From: Endomicrobiales bacterium
Lineage (GTDB): Bacteria; Elusimicrobiota; Endomicrobiia; Endomicrobiales; CAWCFT01
Assembly (NCBI GenBank): GCA_963794945.1
Contig: CAWCFT010000012.1
Span: forward strand, 1-64,000
DNA length: 64,000 nucleotides
Reading direction: 5' to 3'
Each line of letters begins with the position of its first letter. Positions within the stretch are counted from its first letter, which is position 1. The translations under genes were made by a program, and so were the position numbers. The notes below the pieces were generated by a model. It was not told the origin of the DNA. It saw only the letters and a list, made by a program, of their open reading frames with translations, and did not search any database. Shown here piece by piece: positions 50,058 to 59,854 of this stretch.

Positions 50058-51092
50058 ATGGATATTAAAAGAACTGGCACAGTGCTCTTAACACTCTTGT
50101 TGGCTGCAGGCCCTGCGTTCGCTGGGACAGATGCGGCGGCTTTCCTTAACTCCGGAGTTGGCGCAAGGGCGCTGGCAATGGGGGGTGCCTTTGTTTCGGT
50201 CTGTGATGATCCAACAGCCATGTACTGGAACCCAGCCGGCCTTGCCAGGATCAACAGGTTCAGTGTGACGACAATGTCTCAATCGCTGGGGCCAACGCAG
50301 TGGGATACATTAAGCGACATAACCCCGTCATATCAGTTTATGGGTGTAACATGTCCTATAAGCCGCGCGGGTTTGAATAAGGGTACAATTGCTGCGGGTA
50401 TGATAAGTAACGGGCTTGACAATGTTACTTACTCGTATCTTGACACGTCGGGCCAGATAGTACGCGACACATTTGCAGACACTGAAAATGCATATTTTAT
50501 TTCGGGTGCTGTTCCTCTGCTTTCATCGCGCGACAATCTTTATGCAGGTGCAACGCTTACATATATAAATCAAGCTTTTTCAAAGATCGCAGGAGCGGAC
50601 GCAGCCGGCTATGACGCGAGTTTTGGCTTGCTCTACTGTATTGGTGACGCTGGGATCGGGCTGGTTATTGATCGCGGAGCTGATCTTACATGGGCTAACG
50701 GCAGGGATGATTCAGCAGGGCTTATGACAAAGCTTGGGGTGTCGGACAGATTTGGTTTGAGCAGATATCTTTCTATACTTGGAAGCCTTGATATAGTGCA
50801 AAGGAAAGATGAGCCGATGGAAGTTAACGTTGGAACAGAGTTCGGCTGGGAAAAAAAGCTAGGCAGTGAAAACGGCATATTGTTTGAAGGTATTTTCTTA
50901 AGGGGCGGGCTTGAAGGGTATGCAGTTGAAGATAGAGATAATTCTGCGAGCGCGATAAATAGTAACATTAATTACACTATGGGTATGGGCCTGGATATAT
51001 CATTCTGGGGCTACTATCTTCAGCTGGATTATGCAATGGGTTCTTACTCGCTGGGAAACAAAGATAATATTTCGGTTAGCATGTACTTTTAA
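50058..51092 (+). CDS. PorV/PorQ-like (FadL-type) outer-membrane beta-barrel
   Basis: Signal peptide, FLNSGVGARALAMGGAFVSVCDDPTAMYWNPAGLA, amphipathic strands and a terminal Phe. Confidence 0.85.
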   Translation: MDIKRTGTVLLTLLLAAGPAFAGTDAAAFLNSGVGARALAMGGAFVSVCDDPTAMYWNPAGLARINRFSVTTMSQSLGPTQWDTLSDITPSYQFMGVTCPISRAGLNKGTIAAGMISNGLDNVTYSYLDTSGQIVRDTFADTENAYFISGAVPLLSSRDNLYAGATLTYINQAFSKIAGADAAGYDASFGLLYCIGDAGIGLVIDRGADLTWANGRDDSAGLMTKLGVSDRFGLSRYLSILGSLDIVQRKDEPMEVNVGTEFGWEKKLGSENGILFEGIFLRGGLEGYAVEDRDNSASAINSNINYTMGMGLDISFWGYYLQLDYAMGSYSLGNKDNISVSMYF

Positions 51093-51138
51093 TGCGATAT
51101 AGATGTCTGGTATAAAGAAGATTATACCGGAGGAAAAC

Positions 51139-51984
51139 ATGAAACAACAAATTCAAATCTGTTCAGCGTTCTTGGTTGCAGCAGTTCTTTTGGGGGGCGC
51201 CAGCAAGTTTGCGAGTGCAAACCCTAAGAAGGATGTATCTGATCCTGTTCTTAGCGAAGTGATCCAGAATTTCGAACCCAGGATGCCCAGGTTCGTCGAC
51301 AAACACGGAAAAGATGTATTCGTTACGGATGCGCCAATCACGAGGGGAAGCCTAATGCTTGCGCTTTACGAGTACGATAAATCACTTAAAATACCTAAAA
51401 AAGAAAATATTTCCAGGGTAGAATTTGATGAATTGAAAGCCAGGATAAAATTGCTTGAAGGTGGTGCCGGCGCTAAACGTTTTTCTAAAGAAGATACGGA
51501 AGATAAATCCCAGCTGGACATTACCCAGATATTAAATGACATTGCGCCGAATATGCCTATGCTTCTTGATGACTCACTAGGTAAATCAAAAGTATTTATG
51601 GGGCTCAGATACGAAGTAATGAACCTGAAACCGCAAGAAGGGACTTCATCCGGAGAGCAGACAGAACTTAAAAAAAATCTTGAACAAACTGAATTGGAAC
51701 TAAGCGAGCTTTCAAAGAAAGTCGAAGCTATGGAAAGGGTTCCGCAGCAAGATGGAAACGGCGGGTCGGACGCAGATACGCAAAAAATGAAGAAGGACCT
51801 CGCTCAGACCCGTTCAAGGCTATCAAAACTTGAAAAAAGGATGAACGATATCGATAATACAAAGAGTGATGAACAGATATCAAGCGTTCGTTCGGGATCT
51901 AAAGACGCTGTTGAAAATACTTCTGTGCTTGCCAAGATAAGTATGGGGCTTAGCATGGTTGCCGCGCTATTTATTGCGAGATGA
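51139..51984 (+). CDS. Exported coiled-coil protein with SLH-like motif and C-terminal hydrophobic helix
   Basis: GGAGG RBS before ATG 51139, a signal peptide, FVTDAPITRGSLMLALY, heptad-rich segments, and the terminus ISMGLSMVAALFIAR. Confidence 0.6.
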   Translation: MKQQIQICSAFLVAAVLLGGASKFASANPKKDVSDPVLSEVIQNFEPRMPRFVDKHGKDVFVTDAPITRGSLMLALYEYDKSLKIPKKENISRVEFDELKARIKLLEGGAGAKRFSKEDTEDKSQLDITQILNDIAPNMPMLLDDSLGKSKVFMGLRYEVMNLKPQEGTSSGEQTELKKNLEQTELELSELSKKVEAMERVPQQDGNGGSDADTQKMKKDLAQTRSRLSKLEKRMNDIDNTKSDEQISSVRSGSKDAVENTSVLAKISMGLSMVAALFIAR

Positions 51985-52078
51985 ATATAGTTGGTATATC
52001 AGCAAGCAAGTTAATGAAGTTGGAAGTATATGTGCAGGCGGATTTTAAAGTAAACAAATAGTTAAAGGAGTCGGATTT

Positions 52079-54322
52079 ATGCCAAAAATCCTAGTCAAGA
52101 AGAAGGCGGAGGTTATAGCCGAATATAGGTTCAATAGGAAACCTATCATCAATATCGGTAGTTCAAAAGGCAATGACATTATAATCATTGATAAGAATAT
52201 TTCGGAATACCACTGCGCTATAATGAAAAAGGAAAACGGTTATGTAATAAAAGACAAGAATACGCTTACAGGTACCAGAGTTAACGACGCCTCAATTACC
52301 GAACAGCCACTTAGGTATGATGATGTTGTAAATATCGGCCTCCATTCCATAGTGTTCCGTCCGGGGTCAAAAGAAGAAAAATCAGAGGACGAGACCGGAA
52401 GGACGATGGTCTTGCCGGCAAAGATGTATAACCTATTGGGAATTTACGGAAAATTCGAGGGTAGAAAGTACGAAGTCTCTCCTAACGGAGATACATATAT
52501 CGGCAGGGAGAATATATCACCGAAGGGGATACCAAATGACATTGTCCTAGCGGGTGATATGACCGCATCTAAAGGCCATGCAAAGATATCATGTAAAGAT
52601 ATCCATTGCCAGATCACTGATGTTGGTTCGACGGGCGGAATAGCTGTTAACGGAAATAAGGTGGGACAGTTAAATGATATCTCTATCAACCCAGGCGACG
52701 AAATAGCTATCGGTAGGACGATATTTCGCTTTGTCGAAGCTGACAGGGAAGATTACGGCGTGCCCAAAAACCACAGGATATTCCTTCTTAAGATCAGGCA
52801 GTCATTCATAATGGCTGTTAACATTTTGATAGTTGGGGCGGCGGCCACGCTTTTATATTTTGGGTTGAACGGCATACAGATATTGAGCAGTAAACCCGGA
52901 AAGCTGGATGTAGACATAAACCGCTACTGGTCACCTGAAGAGAACCCCGTCCGCACGACGCCGCCGGATTACGATGTAAGCTCCTCGCCGGCTATTGGAG
53001 ATATTAAAAACGATGGAAAAAACGAGATAGTTTATCTGAACTCTTCCGGACTTCTGTTCGCTTGGGAAGGCAAGAAGGGTTCGATGGTCTGGAAGCCGGT
53101 TGAGATATTCAATTCAGGAAAGACGTCCCCATTGCTGTATGATATGAACGGTGACGGTATAAAGGATATAGTAGTCCTTTCTGATACTTCAATGCTATAC
53201 ATCATAGATGGCGCGACCGGCGGCATTATCCGGCGCGAGATGCTTGGAGGGAGTGTTTCCGAAAATTCCCCTGCTGTTGGCGATCTTGATGGTGATGGCA
53301 AACCTGACGTTGTTACGGTTTCAGAAGAGGGTATGGTCAGCTTTATTTATTCGGCAGGTTATGAAAATGGGCAGAAGTTTACCGAATATGTTGACGGACC
53401 CGTTTACAGCTCACCGGTTATAATACAGGCGAAAAATATTTCTCCGATGGTAGTTATTGCAGCTAATAACGGCAAGGTTTATTTCTTTGACGGCAAGACG
53501 CGCAACAAGAAGACCGTTGACTTGACTGAAAAGACTGGAAAGGCGCACCTTATCGCCGCCGCACCGTGTGTTGGTGACCTTGACGGAGACGGTGTCCCTG
53601 AAGTTGTTGTCCAGTCCAACGTGCCTCAGTATGTCTCTGCGATAGATATAACTAGATTCGAAGTCAGATGGACATATTTTATAGAGCCTGTTCCGCCGGC
53701 TGGGCTTAAACACAATGCTTCCCCGGTTATAGTAGATGTTGATGGAGACGGGTTGGGAGATGTTGTTGCTGTCTCAGCTAATGGTTCAATTTATGCGCTT
53801 AAGGGTAACACAAAATATCCGACCGGTGAACTTCTCTGGAAACTTGACTTTCCTCAGCCGAACAGGCTGTTGTCATCACCGGGGCTTATAAATATAGATA
53901 AAAAGGGAATTTTTGCGCTGGTGTTTGGGACCAAAGATGGTTCGATTTATATTGTTAAAAACAATCCTGTCAGAAGAGAAATGGAGGTCATGGCGAACGT
54001 AAAGGCAAGCAACTCGCCAATAACATCATCAGTCGCTGTTGGCGACGTGAAAGGGGACGGGAAGATAGATATAGTATATAGCAACATGCTTAATAATGTT
54101 CAGATACTCAATACAAACATCAGGGATTTCAAAAGCGCAGTTACGTGGCCGGAATTCCTTGGTAATAACTTCAGGTCTGGGCAGGTGCTAAACAGGCGCC
54201 AGATCACAAATTATATAATTTATTCTATTTTAGGAGTGTTTGTGCTGCTAATTTTGTTCATTATTAGGGTTGCTTTAAAGAAAAAGAAGATGAGCAAACG
54301 GCCCAGGGTTGCGTATCTATGA
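52079..54322 (+). CDS. Double-FHA membrane protein with FG-GAP/VCBS beta-propeller
   Basis: FHA motifs IGS...ISEYH...TGTRVND and IGRE...SKGHA...STGGIAVNG, a TM, repeated SPAVGDLDGDG motifs and a second C-terminal TM. Confidence 0.88.
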   Translation: MPKILVKKKAEVIAEYRFNRKPIINIGSSKGNDIIIIDKNISEYHCAIMKKENGYVIKDKNTLTGTRVNDASITEQPLRYDDVVNIGLHSIVFRPGSKEEKSEDETGRTMVLPAKMYNLLGIYGKFEGRKYEVSPNGDTYIGRENISPKGIPNDIVLAGDMTASKGHAKISCKDIHCQITDVGSTGGIAVNGNKVGQLNDISINPGDEIAIGRTIFRFVEADREDYGVPKNHRIFLLKIRQSFIMAVNILIVGAAATLLYFGLNGIQILSSKPGKLDVDINRYWSPEENPVRTTPPDYDVSSSPAIGDIKNDGKNEIVYLNSSGLLFAWEGKKGSMVWKPVEIFNSGKTSPLLYDMNGDGIKDIVVLSDTSMLYIIDGATGGIIRREMLGGSVSENSPAVGDLDGDGKPDVVTVSEEGMVSFIYSAGYENGQKFTEYVDGPVYSSPVIIQAKNISPMVVIAANNGKVYFFDGKTRNKKTVDLTEKTGKAHLIAAAPCVGDLDGDGVPEVVVQSNVPQYVSAIDITRFEVRWTYFIEPVPPAGLKHNASPVIVDVDGDGLGDVVAVSANGSIYALKGNTKYPTGELLWKLDFPQPNRLLSSPGLINIDKKGIFALVFGTKDGSIYIVKNNPVRREMEVMANVKASNSPITSSVAVGDVKGDGKIDIVYSNMLNNVQILNTNIRDFKSAVTWPEFLGNNFRSGQVLNRRQITNYIIYSILGVFVLLILFIIRVALKKKKMSKRPRVAYL

Positions 54323-55737
54323 AAGTATTTTTCAGTGCAAAAACAAACACAGGAAGAGTCCGCAGGGAAAACCAAGACAGCTACGGAATTTCAGAAGGCA
54401 AGAATATATATTTCATTCTTGACGGCATGGGGGGCGGTGCGGCTGGAGATTTTGCTAGCAGGTACTCGTCAGAGATGATGTTGAGATGTTTTGACATGCT
54501 CACAAAAGAGGAGATAGTTCTCATCGCTGGCAAACCTAAAGGTATATCCCAGTTCGAGTTGCTTACGATGTTGGCGGCCATAAGGCTTGCTAATAGGGCT
54601 TTATCAAATCTCTCATCAGAATATCCTGCGCTTTCCGGCATGGGTACTACCGTTACCGGAGTCTATTTCGATCCCAGGCTTAATATACTGCATATATTAC
54701 ATGTGGGCGACAGTAGAGTCTACCGTTTGAGGAATGGAGTCCTTGATCTGCTTACTAAAGATCATTCCAAGGTTAATGAGCTGCTTGACCAAGGTAAAAT
54801 GAAAGAAGAAGAAGTAAAAACGGCAGAGATACAAAGCATGATAACCAGAGCTCTCGGTACGGCTCCGAAAGTGAAGGTTGACTACAAACCAGAATACGCC
54901 AAAGATGGTGATTATATAATGTTGTGTACCGACGGGCTAAACGGTGAAGTGGATGATACCCAGATAAGAAATATAATGGTTTCAAATAAATCGACACCGG
55001 ACCAGATGGCTGCAAAGCTGATAGAAGCTGCAAATACGGCTGGCGGCAGAGATAATACTACCGTAATAGTGTTGAACATATATGATGACAAGAAGACAGA
55101 GCTTCCCCCGTACGACTCACGTCCAGGTAAAGTGATAACAATTGATGAAGAAACTCCTGAAGAAACAAAAGCTGAAGACAAGATATTAAAAAAGCTTATG
55201 AATAATATGAAGAACCAAGTACCTAAATCTGCCAAAGAGAAAAGCTTTTTAGGGCATCCGCTGGTGTTGGGCTCAATATTCGCAGTGCTTTTGGCAGTAT
55301 TTGGAATATTTATGCCAAGATGTTCCACTGAAAGATCGACAGATAAACAATTAATGGACCTTGCGGGAAAGGTCAGCGGATTGAAAATTGATATAAGGGA
55401 ACCTGTCCCGGAGCAGTTGCAGGTTTTTAAGAAAAGTGAAGACACTGTCTCGAAACTTCAGATCATTCAGGACTGGTACAGAGATAGCCAGAAATTCACA
55501 ATGCCATTAAAGGACGTTGCTCTGAGTATATCTGACGGTAAGAGGGAGCAATTCAGAGGCGCAACGGCAGATATCCCAATGGAAATAAAGCTTGATCGCG
55601 GCTCTTTCATTATCAGGTTGCGCAGGCCGGGATACAAACTCGTAACGGAAAAAATGGAGATTAAGGACAGTTCTGATGTTACGATCGAGCTGGCATCAAG
55701 TTATATTCCAGTACTGCTTATAATGATCCCTCAATAA
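54319..55737 (+). CDS. PP2C-family Ser/Thr phosphatase (Stp1/PrpC-like) with TM and extracytoplasmic domain
   Basis: GRVRRENQD, DGMGG, GMGTT, HVGDSRVY, ITRALG, LCTDGL and GGRDNTT, followed by a TM. Confidence 0.93.
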   Translation: MKVFFSAKTNTGRVRRENQDSYGISEGKNIYFILDGMGGGAAGDFASRYSSEMMLRCFDMLTKEEIVLIAGKPKGISQFELLTMLAAIRLANRALSNLSSEYPALSGMGTTVTGVYFDPRLNILHILHVGDSRVYRLRNGVLDLLTKDHSKVNELLDQGKMKEEEVKTAEIQSMITRALGTAPKVKVDYKPEYAKDGDYIMLCTDGLNGEVDDTQIRNIMVSNKSTPDQMAAKLIEAANTAGGRDNTTVIVLNIYDDKKTELPPYDSRPGKVITIDEETPEETKAEDKILKKLMNNMKNQVPKSAKEKSFLGHPLVLGSIFAVLLAVFGIFMPRCSTERSTDKQLMDLAGKVSGLKIDIREPVPEQLQVFKKSEDTVSKLQIIQDWYRDSQKFTMPLKDVALSISDGKREQFRGATADIPMEIKLDRGSFIIRLRRPGYKLVTEKMEIKDSSDVTIELASSYIPVLLIMIPQ

Positions 55738-55822
55738 CGAAACGCAACGGCGGCCAGCCAATTATTGATCGGGTAAAGGTCATTAAAGTATAATTGCAAA
55801 CTGCGGGAAGGAGGAAGACAGC

Positions 55823-56578
55823 GTGCAAGACGAAAATATTAAGGTACTAATAATTGACGATGACGAGATGGTGCTGGAGGTAACTACTGCCGGGCTTGAG
55901 ATAAACGGCTTCGAGGTCCTAACGGCTATTGACGGACTTAAAGGATTGAAAAAAGCTGAAGAGTCCCGTCCGGACGTTGTGCTTCTTGATCTAAGGCTTC
56001 CCGATATCAATGGTTTCGATGTCTTGAAACAGATAAAGACAAAGCCGGAAAATGCAAACATGCACGTTATAATGATAACAGGCGACCGTACTATTGATAT
56101 AGACAAGGCTTTCGCAATGGGGGCAGATGACTGTATTATCAAGCCGATTGATATGGGCTATCTTGTTAAAAGGATAGAGAAACTTAAAAAGAAGAAATAC
56201 AGTATTCTTGTCGTAGAGGACGACAGGCAGATATGCGAGATGCTTAAGAATATGCTTGTGAAACAGGGGTATGATACGGTCATTTTCAATGACGGCAAGA
56301 ACCTTGTCGAAAATATCAAAAAAATCAATCCGGATATGATATTGCTTGATGTGTCGTTGCCTGTAGGGCCGGATGGAATTGAGCTGTGTAAAATGGTGAA
56401 AAACGATCCCTCAACAAAAAAGCTTCCTGTGCTGATGCTTACGGCTAACGATAATTCAGGTGCTGTCGAAAAATGCTTCAGTTACGGCGCCGAAGATTAT
56501 CTTTTTAAACCATTCAATGTCATCGATCTATCGTTAAAAATAAGGAAATTTTTAAGAATGAGCGGCAGGAACCAATAA
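55823..56578 (+). CDS. Response regulator with two receiver domains and no output domain
   Basis: VLIIDDD...VLLDLRLP...IIKP and ILVVEDD...ILLDVSLP...LFKPF. Confidence 0.92.
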   Translation: MQDENIKVLIIDDDEMVLEVTTAGLEINGFEVLTAIDGLKGLKKAEESRPDVVLLDLRLPDINGFDVLKQIKTKPENANMHVIMITGDRTIDIDKAFAMGADDCIIKPIDMGYLVKRIEKLKKKKYSILVVEDDRQICEMLKNMLVKQGYDTVIFNDGKNLVENIKKINPDMILLDVSLPVGPDGIELCKMVKNDPSTKKLPVLMLTANDNSGAVEKCFSYGAEDYLFKPFNVIDLSLKIRKFLRMSGRNQ

Positions 56579-58739
56579 TGCGCAAAGTGGCGGGCTTGTT
56601 CAGTATAGCTTTTGCCGCAGGCCTTATTTTTTTGTTTTCCGGCACGGTTGTTCTGGCACAAAATGCAGGAAATGCGTCCGGAGATTTTCTAAAGCTTAAC
56701 ATTGATCCGGAATCGATTGCTCTCGGTGGCAGTATATTGTCCTTTAATTCCTCTCCAGCTGCGATGATAACTAACCCCGCGGCTTTAGCAGATAATTTCC
56801 AGCCAAAACTCTCCTTCGCTAGTACAGTATTCGACGGCGATATCAAGTATAATTTTGCCGGCATAGCGGTACCGCTTAAATTCGGTACAATAGGAGCTGG
56901 TGCAAGTTATTTAGACTACGGCGCCATACAAGGGTACTACGCTGGTTTTGTTACGTACGATATACCTCAGAGCGGTGAAACTGCCATAACTTTCAATTAC
57001 GCGATCCCTTTAAGAACTGAAGTACCGGTACTGCGGGAGTACGGTTCGCTTGGGATGAACATAAAGTTCGTACACAGCAATCTTGCTGGGTACACATCCG
57101 ATGTTACTGCCGTAGATATAGGTGGAACCTGTAAAATGCCGTTCATCGCTGAGGGTGTGAGTTCTGCGCTTGTGCTCCGTAACATCGGCAACTCGCCGAA
57201 TTATGATGTAATATCCGGGAACCTTCCTACTGAAACGAACCTGGCAGTAAGGTACGACTTGCCTATGTCAAACGATTTTTTTGCCGTGCTAGATGCTGGG
57301 TCCGATCCTGATAACAATTACTATTCGGCCGGGTTAGGTATTTCGCCTGTTTATCCACTAACAGTAAAATGCGGATGGAAAGAAGGCGGCGAGTCCGCGG
57401 CAACCGGTTTTTGCATGGGGTTCGGGGTCAATTTTAATAATTTTTCACTGCGCTACGCTTTGTCCCCAATGAAAGATATTTCAGCGGTTCAAACAATAGC
57501 CCTTGAGATTACGTTCGAGAGTTTCACAAATACCACGGCGGCTTATGATCATTATTTAAGCATGTATTTCGAACTTGCACGAGATAAATACAACAATAAA
57601 GATTATATCGGTGCTCGGCAGATTTTCGAAGATATACTTTCTGTTTACCCTGGGCACCTGCCATCTAAAGAATACCTTCTTAGGATCAACTCTGCACTGG
57701 ACGAAATGGAACACCACAGGCAGGTCCAGGTTGACAGGTGGCTGAGAAAGGCCGATGTCGACATGGAAAGGAACGACATTATAGAAGCCAGGAAATACTA
57801 CAGCCTTGTTTTGAACATCGATTCAGTGAACACGGAAGCATTGGCCGGAATGAACAAGATAAAAGACCTTACAGGCGAGCTGACAAAACCCGAAAGTGAA
57901 CAACTTGACAAGGCCAAGATCACGAAACTGTGGGATGAGGCAGTTGGTTTGTATGATAAAAGCGACTATGTAGCGTCAAGAGAGAAATTCCAGGAAGTCC
58001 TGCGTTTAGACCCAAATAACAGAGAGCAGCAAAATACCTCAACGACATATTCGAACAACTTAACAGGATAAGTGAACTTCAAACCAGCGAGCTTTACAAC
58101 AAAGGTGTTGAGCTTTTTGGACAGGGTAACTATGAAGAAGCAATGAAATATTTCAGTTCCGTTGTTATTTCTGATCCGAATAGAAAAGACGCACAGGACT
58201 ATGTTGCTGTTTGCCAACAGAAGACAGATGAGGCAAAGAAAAAAGCCGAGGCAGATAAGGCCGCATATAAAAATGTCAGGGTGAAAAACGAGATCGAGAC
58301 CATGTATTTCGCAGCTCTGAAGCTTTACCAGAACGGCGATTATGAGGAAGCCATAAAGGCTTTCAATAAGACTCATGAAGCGGCCGAGAAGAGTGATTTT
58401 ACTAAATATTCCGAGAGTTCAAAACATTACATCTCCGCGTCAAAGAATGCCCTCTGCGAACAGTATTACAAGGAAGGCAACAGCCTTGCGGCTGAGAACA
58501 AGCTTGAAGCGTCCGCGGAGTCATACAACAAGGCCCTTGAGTTGAACCTGGAGTTCAGCTCGGCAAAAGCTGCCCTTGATAAGGTTAATGATCAACTTGC
58601 CCAGCAATACTATGAGATCGGCATGAAGGCTTTTTCCGCTGGTGATACCGCAAAAGCAAAAGAATCATTTGAAAAGTCATTAAGCTACAAATTTGATAAA
58701 ATAGAATCAAAGAGGGCGTTGGAACGCATAAATCAATAG
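56578..58739 (+). CDS. PorV-like beta-barrel fused to a TPR region (frameshift ~58025)
   Basis: Signal peptide, DFLKLNIDPESIALGG...NPAALA, barrel-like strands, then TPRs continuing into ORF 58143-58739. Confidence 0.78.
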
Positions 58740-58806
58740 CATCGCTTCATTCCGCTGTTTACATGGCGCAATGCCTAAATTAATAAATCCACAATGGAGG
58801 ATATTA

Positions 58807-59801
58807 TGCCAGAATTGAGAAGAGACCCCATTATAGGAAGATGGGTAATAATATCAACTGAAAGAGGAAGGCGGCCTACGGACTTTAGGAGTGAGCCCGA
58901 GACGCACGGCGATAAAGGCTGCCCGTTCTGTCCGGGCAACGAAAAGATGACACCCGGAGAGATCATCGCTTATGGAGAACCCGGCCGTGGGAGGAACACG
59001 CAGGCATGGACCCTAAGAGTAGTGCCGAACAAATATCCAGCACTGGAAGTGGAAGGAGTGCTCAACCGGCAGGGCGAGGGTATGTACGATAAAATGAACG
59101 GGATAGGCGCGCATGAGGTCATAATAGAAACGCCCGATCACAACAAGGAAATACCGGATCTGACCGATCAGGAATATGAAGACGTTATTTGGGCTTACCG
59201 TGACCGCATAATCGACCTTAAACGCGATTTCAGGTTTGAATACATACTTATTTTCAAGAACCGAGGTATGGCCGCTGGCGCCACGCTGTCGCACCCTCAT
59301 TCCCAGCTAATTGCTACGCCAATCGTGCCCAAGCGAGTAAGGGAAGAGGTAAACGGCGCCAAGAACTATTATGATTACAAAGAGCGCTGCGGATACTGCG
59401 ACATAATAAAGCAGGAGTTGGCCGTAGGCAGCAGGGTGGTCGCGGAAAATGATGGTTTCATCGCGCTCTGCCCGTTCGCGTCCCGTTTCCCATTCGAGAT
59501 GTGGGTGCTTCCTAAGACGCACGACTCTGAGTTCATCAATATTCAGAGACATGAGGCTGCAAACCTAGCATCTCTTATGAAAAACGTCATAAACAAAATG
59601 AACATAGTACTTGATAAGCCGCCTTATAATTACCTCCTGCATATGGCGCCGCTCAAAGAGCCACAGCTTCCGCATTACCACTGGCACATAGAGATAATCC
59701 CTAAGCTGACGAAGGTTGCCGGGTTTGAATGGGGAACTGGTTTTTACATTAACCCGGTCGTTCCGGAAGAAGCAGCGAAATATCTGAGAGAAGCAGAATA
59801 G
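58807..59801 (+). CDS. galT: Galactose-1-phosphate uridylyltransferase family protein
   Basis: MPELRRDPI...ERGRRP, CPFCPGNE, VVPNKYPAL, GAHEVIIE, catalytic HPHSQ and AGFEWGTG. Confidence 0.92.
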
Positions 59802-59854
59802 GTTGTTAAAAAAATAAAGTGACCATATTGCATATACTGCAATAGTAACTAACA

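Noticed and set aside
43839..55737. Type VI secretion locus, suggested by the kinase/PP2C/FHA triad
   Set aside because: No tssB/C, hcp, vgrG, clpV or tssJLM homologs are in the window.
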